The notes beneath the pieces were generated by a model. It worked only from the letters and a program-made list of their open reading frames with translations. It had not been told where the DNA came from and ran no database searches. Source: an uncultured Deinococcales bacterium (GTDB taxonomy: Bacteria; Deinococcota; Deinococci; Deinococcales; JAAFIG01). Taken from it: a stretch of 34,904 nt of DNA. Each line of letters starts with the position of its first letter. Position 1 is the stretch's first letter. The position numbers were made by a program, and so were the translations under genes. Shown piece by piece: positions 19,646 through 28,498 of this stretch. The stretch is taken from the NCBI GenBank assembly GCA_964244895.1, contig CAXTKV010000030.1:1-34904 (forward strand), written 5' to 3'.

Positions 19646-20806
19646 TCACTTCGCGCCCGAAACATCGAAGGCGTAGACGCGCGACTCGCCCTCGGAAATC
19701 GCCAGGGTTTTGGCCGCCAGATCATTCGGCAGCGTGAAATACACGCGGAATCGGTACTCCTCGCCCGGTTTCAGGCTGCCGTCCGCGTGCTCATCGCGAG
19801 AAGCTTTGATCAGGTAACCGTTGAAGACCTGTTTTTCACCCTCGGCATCGCGCAGTTCGATCTTGAAATTGCCGTAACTGAAGCTGACGGGATTCGCGGT
19901 CGCACCCGTCAGGTTCTTGATGGTCAACGCAGCGATCAGGTAACGCTTGCCATCAGCGGGCGCTTTGCCATCCATCTTGTCCGTCGAGAACGCCGCACCC
20001 TCGAGCTTGATGCCCAGATTGAGGCCCGGATAGAAGGTTCCGGCTTGGGCTGGAACCTCCGGCAACGCGCTCGCGCCGCTCCCGTCGGCGGGGTCAATAA
20101 ACGGCGCGACCAGAGGCTTGACCTTGCCGCGCAGATCGAAGCGCACCACGGGCGCACCATCCTTGGGTTCGAGGATCAATTTGGGAATCTGGCCCGCCGC
20201 CGGAACCGCGAAGGCGGCGTACAGGCTGACCTTCTGCGCGGGCTTGAGGGCCGTGTTGTAGATCTCGGTCGTGCCCTCTCGAGCGACGTAATTGTCGAAG
20301 ACGTGGTTGACATCCTTGGCGTCCACGGCGGTGATCTTGAAGCTGCCGTAATAAACGGTCACATCGCGCTTTTGCGGATTCTGAACGGTGTAATGCAGCA
20401 CCAGGAGCTTCTCGTTGGCCTTCGGCGCGTAGACGTACGTGCCCATCGTCACGGGCGAGAGGCTGTACTCGAGGCTCGTCAAGGTGAAGTTGAGCGCGTT
20501 GTCCGCCTTGCCCAGCGCGTACGTCTTGCCGATCGCGCCTTCGCCGCCCGCCAGTTGCGCGGTTCCTTGCAGGTCGGCGGGTGCAGTGCCGCTCGAGACG
20601 ATCACGAAACTTCTCCTGGCCGCGTCAAAGGTCACGCTCGCGCCCAGCGCCTTGGCGAAGCTTTGCGCTTCGACGTAGACCTTGCCGCTTTTCTCGAGCG
20701 CGTCCAGTTTGGCGGGCTTGCCGTTGATGGTGAAGCTGTAGGTCGCCTGGGCCAGCGCGAGGCCGAGCAAGGCGAGCAGACCGATGAGGGCGTACCGTTT
20801 GTTCAT
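19646..20806 (-). CDS. Secreted protein: copper-amine-oxidase-N-like domain plus two DUF4352-like Ig domains
   Basis: ATG 20806 with GGGAGGT RBS; signal peptide; KVYVEAQSFAKALGASVTFD. Internal repeat: LLVLHYTVQN...LKPAQKVSLYAAFAVP versus YLIAALTIKN...LKPGEEYRFRVYFTLP. Confidence 0.7.
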   Translation of the reverse strand: MNKRYALIGLLALLGLALAQATYSFTINGKPAKLDALEKSGKVYVEAQSFAKALGASVTFDAARRSFVIVSSGTAPADLQGTAQLAGGEGAIGKTYALGKADNALNFTLTSLEYSLSPVTMGTYVYAPKANEKLLVLHYTVQNPQKRDVTVYYGSFKITAVDAKDVNHVFDNYVAREGTTEIYNTALKPAQKVSLYAAFAVPAAGQIPKLILEPKDGAPVVRFDLRGKVKPLVAPFIDPADGSGASALPEVPAQAGTFYPGLNLGIKLEGAAFSTDKMDGKAPADGKRYLIAALTIKNLTGATANPVSFSYGNFKIELRDAEGEKQVFNGYLIKASRDEHADGSLKPGEEYRFRVYFTLPNDLAAKTLAISEGESRVYAFDVSGAK

Positions 20807-20848
20807 AGTGACCTCCCGAAGTGAAAGACTCGAACTTAGATTACTCGA

Positions 20849-20896
20849 GAACACCGTGCTGAACGCGAACGAGAGAGTCTGCTCCGAACGGCGTTC
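20849..20896. repeat. Degenerate REP-like copy
   Basis: GAACACCGTGCTGAACGC...CCGAACGGCGTTC. Confidence 0.6.
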
Positions 20897-20935
20897 CGGT
20901 GACGCGAAGTCCGCAACTGCGGATTGACGCGACCA

Positions 20936-22621
20936 TCAGCAGAGGGGCTTGATGATGTCTTCTTTTGGAAAGCTCGGCGGTACGGGCTTGAATTGGGGTG
21001 ACGATGGGGCGAAAGGAAGCGGTAGAGGCAAGGAATTGCCGTTTCCGGCATCCGGCGCGTAATCAAAATACCAATCGCTGACCACGGTGGCCTTGACGGG
21101 TTTGCTCGGGCCGCTCGGCAGACTGTCCGGCAAGTGGACATCCAGGTACGACGTGTCCGTTCCCGTGATCCGATCTGGCCCCTGGGGTTTGACGGTTCCC
21201 TGCCCTTTGACCTCTCCGTAGATCCAAGCGGTGTCCTCACCGCTGTCGTTGGTATCAGATGGCTTGTCGCCGCAGTCATTGGTCTGATGGACGGTCAGGG
21301 TGTAGGTGCCTTTCAGTTGCAAGAAGATGGTGTCATCAAACTGGTACGCCCCTGAAGCTGTGATGTTCACAAAACCTGTCGTCATGGCCTCCTGTATGGT
21401 GATGGGTGGAGCGGCAGCGGTGAACTCGTAGGTGGTTTCGGTCTTGATTTTCCCCGGCTTCGGTGTGCAGATGCAGTCCTCGTAGGTGGTGCGGGTGTAC
21501 TTGATGGACAACGTACCGGTGCCGCCGGGATCGAGCTTCGGGTTAAACCTGATGCTGCCGTCGTAGTTGGTGTTCGGGCCAAACGAGAACGGCGCGCGGA
21601 CGAGGAAGATTTCCGCGTCGAATTTGGCTTTCATGGCGCCGTTGATTCGCAACGAACTGGAACCGCCCGAAGGCAGACTGCGGTCTTCGTTGTGCGTCAC
21701 GTCGGCGTAAACGTTGAACCAGCCCTTTGAATCCTCGACGCGCACCCTCGAGGTCAGCGTCACCGTCTTTCCAGCGTCGTTGACGGTCGCGCTGACCCGC
21801 ACCGGGTTGGGACTGGGCGCGGCGGCGGGCGCTTTGAAAATGCGCTGCGCGTTGCTGCCCGCATCCAGCAGTTGTCCCGCGCTGGCGTTCCAGGACTGGG
21901 CGGGCACCTGGGTGACATTGAACGGGAAGTACCCGGTGGTCGAATCGGGGCTCGAGGGAGCAAATTTCAGTATGGTCATCAAGAGTTTGTCGTTGATCCG
22001 GACGGAAGCACTGGCGGGGTTCAGCTTGTAGAAGGTGGCGACCGCGTAATCTCCGGCTTTTTTGAGTTTGGCCGTGATTTTCGTACCGCTCCCCTGAGGA
22101 CGGATACCGGACTGGACCGCGGGAAGCGGCGCACTTTGTGCGTCGGGACTGCCCTGCCATGCACCACCAGCGCCCTGGTACGCGACCGTCAGGTTTTCCG
22201 AAGTGACATCGTTATCGGTCAGTTCCGTATCGGGTAGCGTGAACTCGAGCTTGAGGGGCTGAGCCAGCGCCGCGTCCTGCTGAGTGATCGCGTCTTTCAG
22301 CGTGACGCGGTAGCCCAAACCTAGCCCACTGGGCATTTTGTTTTCGATCAGTTGAACGCCGACGTTGGTGCTACTCGCCAGCGCACCGGGCGGCACGACC
22401 AACGCCAGCCGCCCATCCTGACTGGTGACTGAACCTCCGTTCTGATCAATCACCACGGGTGCGAGATCACCGACAGGGTTGCCCACTGCCGTCGTCGCGG
22501 TCGGTAACGGGTTCGCAATCGGATCGGGGTTCACGCCGCCACCCCCGCCCCCGCCATTGTTCTGGTTACCGCATCCAGTCATCAGTAACACGGTCAGCGC
22601 GAATATCGCTTTATGGTTCAT
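20936..22621 (-). CDS. Lipoprotein with ZU5-like N-terminal domain (paralog of 23847-25277)
   Basis: GGAGGA RBS best spaced to ATG 22621; lipobox LMTGC; NGGSVTSQDGRLALVVPPGAL. Confidence 0.75.
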   Translation of the reverse strand: MNHKAIFALTVLLMTGCGNQNNGGGGGGGVNPDPIANPLPTATTAVGNPVGDLAPVVIDQNGGSVTSQDGRLALVVPPGALASSTNVGVQLIENKMPSGLGLGYRVTLKDAITQQDAALAQPLKLEFTLPDTELTDNDVTSENLTVAYQGAGGAWQGSPDAQSAPLPAVQSGIRPQGSGTKITAKLKKAGDYAVATFYKLNPASASVRINDKLLMTILKFAPSSPDSTTGYFPFNVTQVPAQSWNASAGQLLDAGSNAQRIFKAPAAAPSPNPVRVSATVNDAGKTVTLTSRVRVEDSKGWFNVYADVTHNEDRSLPSGGSSSLRINGAMKAKFDAEIFLVRAPFSFGPNTNYDGSIRFNPKLDPGGTGTLSIKYTRTTYEDCICTPKPGKIKTETTYEFTAAAPPITIQEAMTTGFVNITASGAYQFDDTIFLQLKGTYTLTVHQTNDCGDKPSDTNDSGEDTAWIYGEVKGQGTVKPQGPDRITGTDTSYLDVHLPDSLPSGPSKPVKATVVSDWYFDYAPDAGNGNSLPLPLPFAPSSPQFKPVPPSFPKEDIIKPLC

Positions 22622-22704
22622 GCCCATTCCTCCACGGCGGTTCCCTCGAGACTCGCTTTAGGCGTTGGTTTCCTCGAACCCCCAGCGTTTACTTGTCCCA
22701 GCGT

Positions 22705-23640
22705 TTACTGGCTGAAACTCAGCCCGATTTGCATCATCGGTGTGCCCGCGCAGGTGAGGGCCGCGCCCGAACGATCACCCGCGAATTTGCCGATTGCAGA
22801 CTCCGCGTATGGGTTGTTCTTGCCGTCGTCCAGGTTCACAAAAACCTTGTAGAGCGTGGGATCGTTCGGGAATTGAATGGCCGCGAAGACCTGATACTTG
22901 CCCAGTGGAATCCCGTTCAGTTCTGGGGTGCTCGAGGTCTGGTAGCGTTGCCCCCAAGGAATTTGAATCAACACGTCCTTGCCTTGAGAACCGTCGATCA
23001 GTGGTGCGATGGGTTTCAACACGATGCTCAAGACCGCCTCGGGCGGCGCTGAAACCGTGTCGTTGAGGTTCGGCGAAAGCCACAGACTGCCGCCGTAATA
23101 CTGCCGATTCCCAGGTTTGGAGTCGGGGCGTTCACCGCTGACGCGCCAAACCAGATTTTGGACGGCACCGTCTTTGCTGGCGAACGAGGTTGAACCGTCG
23201 GAGGGTCGCACCCACAGGCAGTAATCCGTGCCCTCATAGGTCGTGGCGACCTCGCCGATGGCTTGAAACACCGAGGCGTTCGCCGAGGGGGGCGGCAAGT
23301 TCTGAGCGTAAAAGCCGTCCGCTTTGGGAACGACCGTGAACGGCGTGTCCGTGGTGGACGCAAAAGCGTTGCGCACGATCACTCGAGCGCCGGGAATGGG
23401 TTGTCCGCAGGCGTTGACAAAATAGCCTTTGACCTTCTGGGCTTCGGGGGTCAACTGGTTTGGCGTTGGATTGTCGCAGCTTCCGGTGACTGGCGGCGGC
23501 GTGCTCGGACTGGGCGGTGGCGGCGTGCTGGAACCTGGCGGTTGTGGCGTTCCGCCACCTGGGCAGGATGCCAAGCCCACCACCAACGCCAGCGCCATAC
23601 CGAGCACCCGCAGCCTCGAGTTCACCCGTGATCGCAACAT
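22705..23640 (-). CDS. Lipoprotein with carboxypeptidase-regulatory-like beta sandwich
   Basis: ATG 23640 with AAGGAG RBS; lipobox LASC; Pro linker; VKGYFVNACGQPIPGARVIV. Confidence 0.75.
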   Translation of the reverse strand: MLRSRVNSRLRVLGMALALVVGLASCPGGGTPQPPGSSTPPPPSPSTPPPVTGSCDNPTPNQLTPEAQKVKGYFVNACGQPIPGARVIVRNAFASTTDTPFTVVPKADGFYAQNLPPPSANASVFQAIGEVATTYEGTDYCLWVRPSDGSTSFASKDGAVQNLVWRVSGERPDSKPGNRQYYGGSLWLSPNLNDTVSAPPEAVLSIVLKPIAPLIDGSQGKDVLIQIPWGQRYQTSSTPELNGIPLGKYQVFAAIQFPNDPTLYKVFVNLDDGKNNPYAESAIGKFAGDRSGAALTCAGTPMMQIGLSFSQ

Positions 23641-23666
23641 TCTCGCTCCTTTCGCATCTGGTGCGG

Positions 23667-23714
23667 AGCCTAAAAAAGGAGGCGTGACTGGGGCGTGACT
23701 GGGGCGTGACTGGG
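23667..23714 (-). promoter_or_regulatory. Promoter with triple 11-bp direct repeat (putative SARP operator)
   Basis: Minus strand (CCCAGTCACGC)x3 at 23682-23714, then 9 nt, then -10 TAGGCT at 23667-23672. Confidence 0.8.
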
Positions 23715-23783
23715 ACTCGGCCTCACAACCAGCGATCTGATTTCCGTGATCCAGACCTGGTTCGCGTCTTCCCAGATTGAAGC

Positions 23784-23835
23784 ACACCGTCCTGCACGCA
23801 TGCTCGAGAACACCGTGCAGAACGGTGTTCTCGAG
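23784..23835. repeat. Nested REP-like copy
   Basis: ACACCGTCCTGCACG pairs with CGTGCAGAACGGTGT; alternatively CTCGAGAACACCGT / ACGGTGTTCTCGAG. Confidence 0.8.
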
Positions 23836-23846
23836 ATCTCAGCGTC

Positions 23847-25277
23847 TCATTGCGCCTTGAAATTCCAGTCGGCGGTGGTGGTGTTGAACTGGCACGCCCA
23901 CGTACCCGAACTCGTCAGCAGCGCGATGTCCGCGTACTTCGGCGCGTCGGGCAGGGTCGGCACTTCGGGGCAGGCCGTGAATGCCGTGAAAATGACTGCA
24001 ACCTGCGTGGGTGTGGGCGGGTTGCCACATTGCACGGTCACGACCACGTTCGCGCCCTGAGTCAGTGCGAACCAGTACTTGCTGGCGAAGGTATCCCCTG
24101 GCCCGCTACGCACCGGATCGAAGACGATCATCGTGCCGTTCACAGGCACGCTGCTAGTAGCGGGCGTGCATTCCGGGTAGTTCGTGGTGGCCTGCACCGA
24201 CCCCGAAGCCTCGTACTTGTTGAGGTCGCCAGGAAGGTGTTCGACCAGGTTCCAGGTCAGGTTGCCCTGACCGCTGTAGCTGATGTTGCTCACGTTGGAG
24301 CCATTGAAGTTCAGCGATCCGGTGTACGTCTGGATCACGTCGTCGGTGATCTTGACGCTGGCCTTGAGGGTTACGCTGTCCAGGGTGTCCGTGTTGATGC
24401 TCTGGAAGGTTACGGTCACAGTATCCGGGCTGGGTTTCTTGTCGGGCGCGGTGTAGGTTGCGCCGCTCGAGCTGGATCTGCTGATCGTGCCGACCGTGCC
24501 GTTGCCGCCAAACGCGCCATTGACATACCAGTTACGTGCAAAGCCGTCCTTGTCGTTGGTGAAGGGGTACTCGCGCGTCACCTGACGAAGCGGGCAGAGC
24601 GGCGCGAGACCTTCGGGATCGTTCGGGTCAGGTGCGCCGCAGTTGGGGTCTTTTTTCTCGTTCTGGATGACCTGAGCGTATGGGGTGAAGCTCTTCGTGC
24701 CCTTGACCTTAACGGTAGCGCTCGAGGGCTTGAGGTAAAAGCGTTTGAACTTGACGACGCTCCTGAGGTTCAAGCCCGCTTGGGCACGCAGGCCAGGGGT
24801 TCCGAGCGCGGCAGACAGCCCCGCCGTGACCGTACCTGCCGCCGTGTCCACCTTGACCGGATCGAGCGAGCGCCACGATCCATCCGCCTGCTGTACCGCC
24901 AATCCCAGACCCTCGGGTGCGTCGTCGCCTGGGTCGATCGGGAAGGTGATCTTGGCGTAGTTGCTCCAGGCCACATCGCTCGAGATGGCGATGCCCTGAC
25001 CCACACCATTCAGCGTGTCAGTGATCGGTTGCAGCGTGACGTTGGCGCTCGAGACCGTGCCTGACAGCACCTCGAGCTTGATGCCGCCCGCCGCGATCGT
25101 GCCACCCGTCGCGGTGACGGTTTGCGTGACGGGACTGCCGACGTTCGTGCCGACGGGTGTGGTCAAGGGCGGTGGCGGTGGGGGTGGCGGCGCAGGTGGT
25201 ACAGGAACCGTATTGCCGCCGCACGCACCGAGGGTGATAGCCAGCCAAATAATTCCGAGGGTTTGGATGCGCTTCAT
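23847..25277 (-). CDS. Lipoprotein, paralog of 20936-22621
   Basis: True start ATG 25277 (AGGAGG RBS), not 26384; lipobox LGAC; poly-Pro linker; shared blocks such as LAVQQADGSW / VAYQGAGGAW and YTAPDKKPSP / FKAPAAAPSP. Confidence 0.78.
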   Translation of the reverse strand: MKRIQTLGIIWLAITLGACGGNTVPVPPAPPPPPPPPLTTPVGTNVGSPVTQTVTATGGTIAAGGIKLEVLSGTVSSANVTLQPITDTLNGVGQGIAISSDVAWSNYAKITFPIDPGDDAPEGLGLAVQQADGSWRSLDPVKVDTAAGTVTAGLSAALGTPGLRAQAGLNLRSVVKFKRFYLKPSSATVKVKGTKSFTPYAQVIQNEKKDPNCGAPDPNDPEGLAPLCPLRQVTREYPFTNDKDGFARNWYVNGAFGGNGTVGTISRSSSSGATYTAPDKKPSPDTVTVTFQSINTDTLDSVTLKASVKITDDVIQTYTGSLNFNGSNVSNISYSGQGNLTWNLVEHLPGDLNKYEASGSVQATTNYPECTPATSSVPVNGTMIVFDPVRSGPGDTFASKYWFALTQGANVVVTVQCGNPPTPTQVAVIFTAFTACPEVPTLPDAPKYADIALLTSSGTWACQFNTTTADWNFKAQ

Positions 25278-25293
25278 GCCTTCCTCCTGAAAA

Positions 25294-25341
25294 GAACACC
25301 GTCCAGCACGCATTCTCGAGTTCGTGTCCTGGACGGGGTTC
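25294..25341. repeat. REP-like palindrome copy abutting an RBS
   Basis: GAACACCGTCCAGCACG...GTGTCCTGGACGGGGTTC. Confidence 0.85.
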
Positions 25342-25399
25342 CGAAAATGGTTGCCCTGGGATTCGGGGGGATGAAATCCTCGGGCGGGACGCGGCGGGT

Positions 25400-28087
25400 T
25401 TACTTGGTGACCGAGATCGTCGCGCCCGAAATGGGCAGGCCGGAAACCGGGATGGTCGCGTTGCTCGAGTCCTTCAGGCTGACCGCGGTGATCGTAACCT
25501 GGTAGGTGCGCGTCGTACCAACGGGCGTGACCGTGACCGGGCAAGCGGTCAGGGTCGCGGCCAGACCCATCAGCGCGACGATCACCAGACGCCGTCTGGA
25601 GCGCCAGCCGAGCAGCAGCGCCAGCGCCGCCGATCCGAGCGCCGCCTTGAGCGGCATGCCCGCGATGCTCGAGTTCAGATCGAGCGTCACCAGCAGCCTC
25701 GAGGTCGAGTTCGCGGTCAGGGCTTTTGGCGCGGTCAGGGTCAGTGTGGCCGCGCCATCGTTGGCGTTGAAGGTTCCCTGCGCCAGCGCGGTTTCCCCGG
25801 CATCCACCGCACCGTTGCTGTTGGCGTCCAAGTACAGCCTGACGCCGGTGATGTCCAGTTGATCGTTGCCCGTGCCGGACGCGCTCAGGCTCACGGATTG
25901 CAGCGTGCCCGCGCTCGAGCCGAGGCTCAGATCGACGCCCAGCGCGGCGTTGTTGCTCGAGCCTTTGATGGCGGTGGCGGTGGAAGGCGTGTTGCTCGAC
26001 TTGGATGCGCTGGCGGTCGCGCCCGCTGGCGGAGGCGGTGGCGTGACGCCAGAGGCGGTAAAGGTTGCAGTCACGGATTTTGCGCCGCTCATCGTGACGC
26101 TGCACGCGCCCGTCCCGCTGCACGCGCCCGACCAGCCCGCGAAGGTGGAGGCTGCGTCCGGCGTGGCCGTCAGGCTGACGCTGCTGCCCTGCGCGAAGTT
26201 CGCCGTGCAGGTCGCACCGCAGTTGATGCCGCCCGGATTGCTGCTGACCCCGCCCGTGCCCGTGCCGGATTTCGTGACCGTCAGGGCAACATTCGTGCCG
26301 CCGACGGGGACGGTATTGAAGGTCGCCGTGACGGATTTGGCGGCGCTCATCGTGAGCGTGCAGGTCGTGACGGAACCGCTGCACGCGCCGCCCCAGCTTG
26401 CGAAGCTCGAGCCTGCGGCGGGTGTCGCGGTCAGCGTGACGGTGGCGTTCTGGTTGAAATTCGCCGTGCAGCTCGCGCCGCAGTCAATCCCGGCGGGGTT
26501 GCTGCTGACCGCGCCCGTGCCCGTTCCAGCCTTCGTCACCGAGAGCGGGAAGGTCGGGGTGGAGCTGAGGGTGTAGACCACACCGACAGTCACCGTCGCG
26601 CCGAAGCTGACGTTGGCGGTCTGAGATGCGGCGTTCGGCGCGTAGACGCTCGAGCCGACCGTGACGTTCGGTGCGGTGACCGTGTACGTTCCGACCGTCA
26701 CATCGCTCAGGTTCTGGCCCGTGCCCGTCAGGATCGTGCGGGTGGTGTTGAACCCGCCCGGCCCCGCGATGCCCAGCGCGGCGCTGGAACCCGACGGCAA
26801 GCCCGTCACCTCGAGCGACAACGAGCCGACCTGCGGCACGGTATTGAAGCTCGCGGTCACGGATTGAGCGGCGTTCATCGTCACGTTGCACGCGCCCGCG
26901 CCGCTGCACGCGCCACCCCAGCCCGCGAAGCTCGAGCCGCTGGCGGGCACCGCGGTCAAGGCCACGTTCGTGCCGGACGTGAAATTGGCGCTGCACGCCG
27001 CACCACAATTGATTCCGGCAGGTGCGCTGCTGACCGTACCCGAACCCGCGCCGTTCTTGGTCACGCCGAGCGCGAAATTCTGCGCTGCGCCCGTGCTGAA
27101 GGTTCCGGTGCTCGAATAGAACGTGCCCTTGCTGGTGACGTACTTGAAGCGGTACGAGTACGACGTGCCTGGGTTCAACCCGCTCAGCGCGATGCTGGCT
27201 GGCTGCGATTCGTTGTTCCCCGAGATCGTGCTGCTGGCTGAAGTCAGCCCGAAGCTGGCGGTCGTACCGTAATCCACGGACAGCAGACCGCCCTGGAAAT
27301 AGCTGTAGAGCGTCGTGGATACGGTCACGCCAGTCCCGGAGGGCGCACCTGCGCTCGGTGCAGCCAGCAGGGCGCGGTACGGCACGTTGATCCAGGTAGA
27401 GGCGTAAGCGGGGTCGGGGCTCAACCCCGCCGTGTCGAAGATGAACTGAACCTTATCGCCACCGTTGGGGCCAGCCGCCCCGAGCAATTCCTTGGAGAAA
27501 CGAACCGGGACTTGAATCTCGAGCCAGCTCGATCTGGGGAAGTACTGAAGGCCGAGCGCGATACCGCCGTAGGTTCCACTCGGGCCAATTTGGAAAGGCG
27601 TACCGACGCCGCCGCCCTGGCCGTCTGGGCAGATCGGGCCAACCCTCAACCCCGTTCCCTGAGTGCTGATGACGCCGATCTGAGTCCCGGTGAATGGCGT
27701 GAACGCCTGGTTGTTGATCTTGTAAAAGCACTTGACCGGAGTTTGGGCGGTGATGTTCAGGCTCGCACCGGGCGGCAACACCAGCGATGGCACGAAACCC
27801 ACGCTCGAGTCGGGGTTGCAGTTCAATCCCGGTACGGTCATCAGCACGTCCACGTAGGTGCCATCCCCCGTCAATGGCGCGCTCAGATCGGTGTAGCGCA
27901 AGTAAGATGCCGTCCCCGTCAGCATCGTTTCCGTATACGGCTGCCCGAGGATCGAGCAGTTCGTGCCGGTCATGTTGGTGGTCACGCCGGACACGATCTC
28001 CAATGATTGCGCTCCGACCCAATTGCTCAGGGCAAAACTCGCGCTCACGACCAGCGTCAGCAGGTTCCACGTGGCTCTGGGATTCAT
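25400..28087 (-). CDS. Exported surface protein with three divergent InlB B-repeat-like domains, an FN3-like domain and an internal TM-hairpin/lipobox
   Basis: ATG 28087 with GAGGAGGA RBS; signal peptide; 3x VTKxGxG(T/S)GxVSSxPxGIxCG..C...F...WxGACSG...C..TM..A.SVTA.F; LSGLNPGTSYSYR; C-terminal LLLGWRSRRR...AATLTAC. Confidence 0.82.
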   Translation of the reverse strand: MNPRATWNLLTLVVSASFALSNWVGAQSLEIVSGVTTNMTGTNCSILGQPYTETMLTGTASYLRYTDLSAPLTGDGTYVDVLMTVPGLNCNPDSSVGFVPSLVLPPGASLNITAQTPVKCFYKINNQAFTPFTGTQIGVISTQGTGLRVGPICPDGQGGGVGTPFQIGPSGTYGGIALGLQYFPRSSWLEIQVPVRFSKELLGAAGPNGGDKVQFIFDTAGLSPDPAYASTWINVPYRALLAAPSAGAPSGTGVTVSTTLYSYFQGGLLSVDYGTTASFGLTSASSTISGNNESQPASIALSGLNPGTSYSYRFKYVTSKGTFYSSTGTFSTGAAQNFALGVTKNGAGSGTVSSAPAGINCGAACSANFTSGTNVALTAVPASGSSFAGWGGACSGAGACNVTMNAAQSVTASFNTVPQVGSLSLEVTGLPSGSSAALGIAGPGGFNTTRTILTGTGQNLSDVTVGTYTVTAPNVTVGSSVYAPNAASQTANVSFGATVTVGVVYTLSSTPTFPLSVTKAGTGTGAVSSNPAGIDCGASCTANFNQNATVTLTATPAAGSSFASWGGACSGSVTTCTLTMSAAKSVTATFNTVPVGGTNVALTVTKSGTGTGGVSSNPGGINCGATCTANFAQGSSVSLTATPDAASTFAGWSGACSGTGACSVTMSGAKSVTATFTASGVTPPPPPAGATASASKSSNTPSTATAIKGSSNNAALGVDLSLGSSAGTLQSVSLSASGTGNDQLDITGVRLYLDANSNGAVDAGETALAQGTFNANDGAATLTLTAPKALTANSTSRLLVTLDLNSSIAGMPLKAALGSAALALLLGWRSRRRLVIVALMGLAATLTACPVTVTPVGTTRTYQVTITAVSLKDSSNATIPVSGLPISGATISVTK

Positions 28088-28116
28088 TCGTTCCTCCTCG
28101 GGTGGTTCTGGGATGG

Positions 28117-28320
28117 TCAGTCGGATGGGGGCGGTTCGTCGGGGTCGAAGGGCCAGTTCAGATCGAATTCCTGAAGAAACTGCGACAGGGCTTGAGGGTC
28201 GGTAAAGTAGCGTCTTCGCTTGCTCTGCGGGTTGAGAACGCTGGCGCGCCACGCGCCCGAGCCGTCGGCTCGGGGTTCGAGCCACAGCCGCACCACGAAG
28301 ACCTGAGCGGTCGCGTTCAC
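28117..28320 (-). CDS. Small conserved-looking protein (67 aa; VRLW...WRASV...RYF...L..FL)
   Basis: GTG start. The motif pattern resembles small proteins I recall next to BTAD/ATPase regulators in Chloroflexota and Deinococcota (from memory, not searched). First gene after the operator. Confidence 0.7.
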   Translation of the reverse strand: MNATAQVFVVRLWLEPRADGSGAWRASVLNPQSKRRRYFTDPQALSQFLQEFDLNWPFDPDEPPPSD

Positions 28321-28373
28321 TCGGGCGTCCTGGGGGGTTGTCGCGCGGAATCTGGGCGCACCGTGGCTGGCAT
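28317..28373 (-). other. Leaderless 18-aa uORF (MPATVRPDSARQPPRTPE*) whose TGA overlaps the GTG of the 67-aa gene
   Basis: TAACCT, 6 nt, then ATG 28373; GTGA overlap at 28317-28320. Confidence 0.5.
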
Positions 28374-28379
28374 GTCCGA

Positions 28380-28422
28380 AGGTTATTCAGCCGTGCGTGA
28401 CTGGAGCGTGACTGGGCGTGAC
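28380..28422 (-). promoter_or_regulatory. Promoter with triple GTCACGC direct repeat (putative SARP operator)
   Basis: Plus-strand GCGTGAC at 28395, 28406 and 28416 (11 and 10 bp periods), then 9 nt, then -10 TAACCT at 28380-28385. Confidence 0.8.
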
Positions 28423-28425
28423 CAT

Positions 28426-28487
28426 AAAAAGAGCACCGTCCTGGACGGTGCTCTTGAACATCAAATTCGTTCGTCCGGGACGGTGTT
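28426..28487. repeat. REP-like copy, probably also the terminator of the BTAD regulator gene
   Basis: AAGAGCACCGTCC-T-GGACGGTGCTCTT perfect palindrome (28429-28455) followed by a T-run on the minus strand; extra right arm at 28472-28487. Confidence 0.8.
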
Positions 28488-28498
28488 TTGAGGGGCGC

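Noticed and set aside
25278..26384. N-terminal extension of the 845-aa ORF
   Set aside because: Off-frame overlap with the InlB-repeat gene and a REP; true start at 25277.
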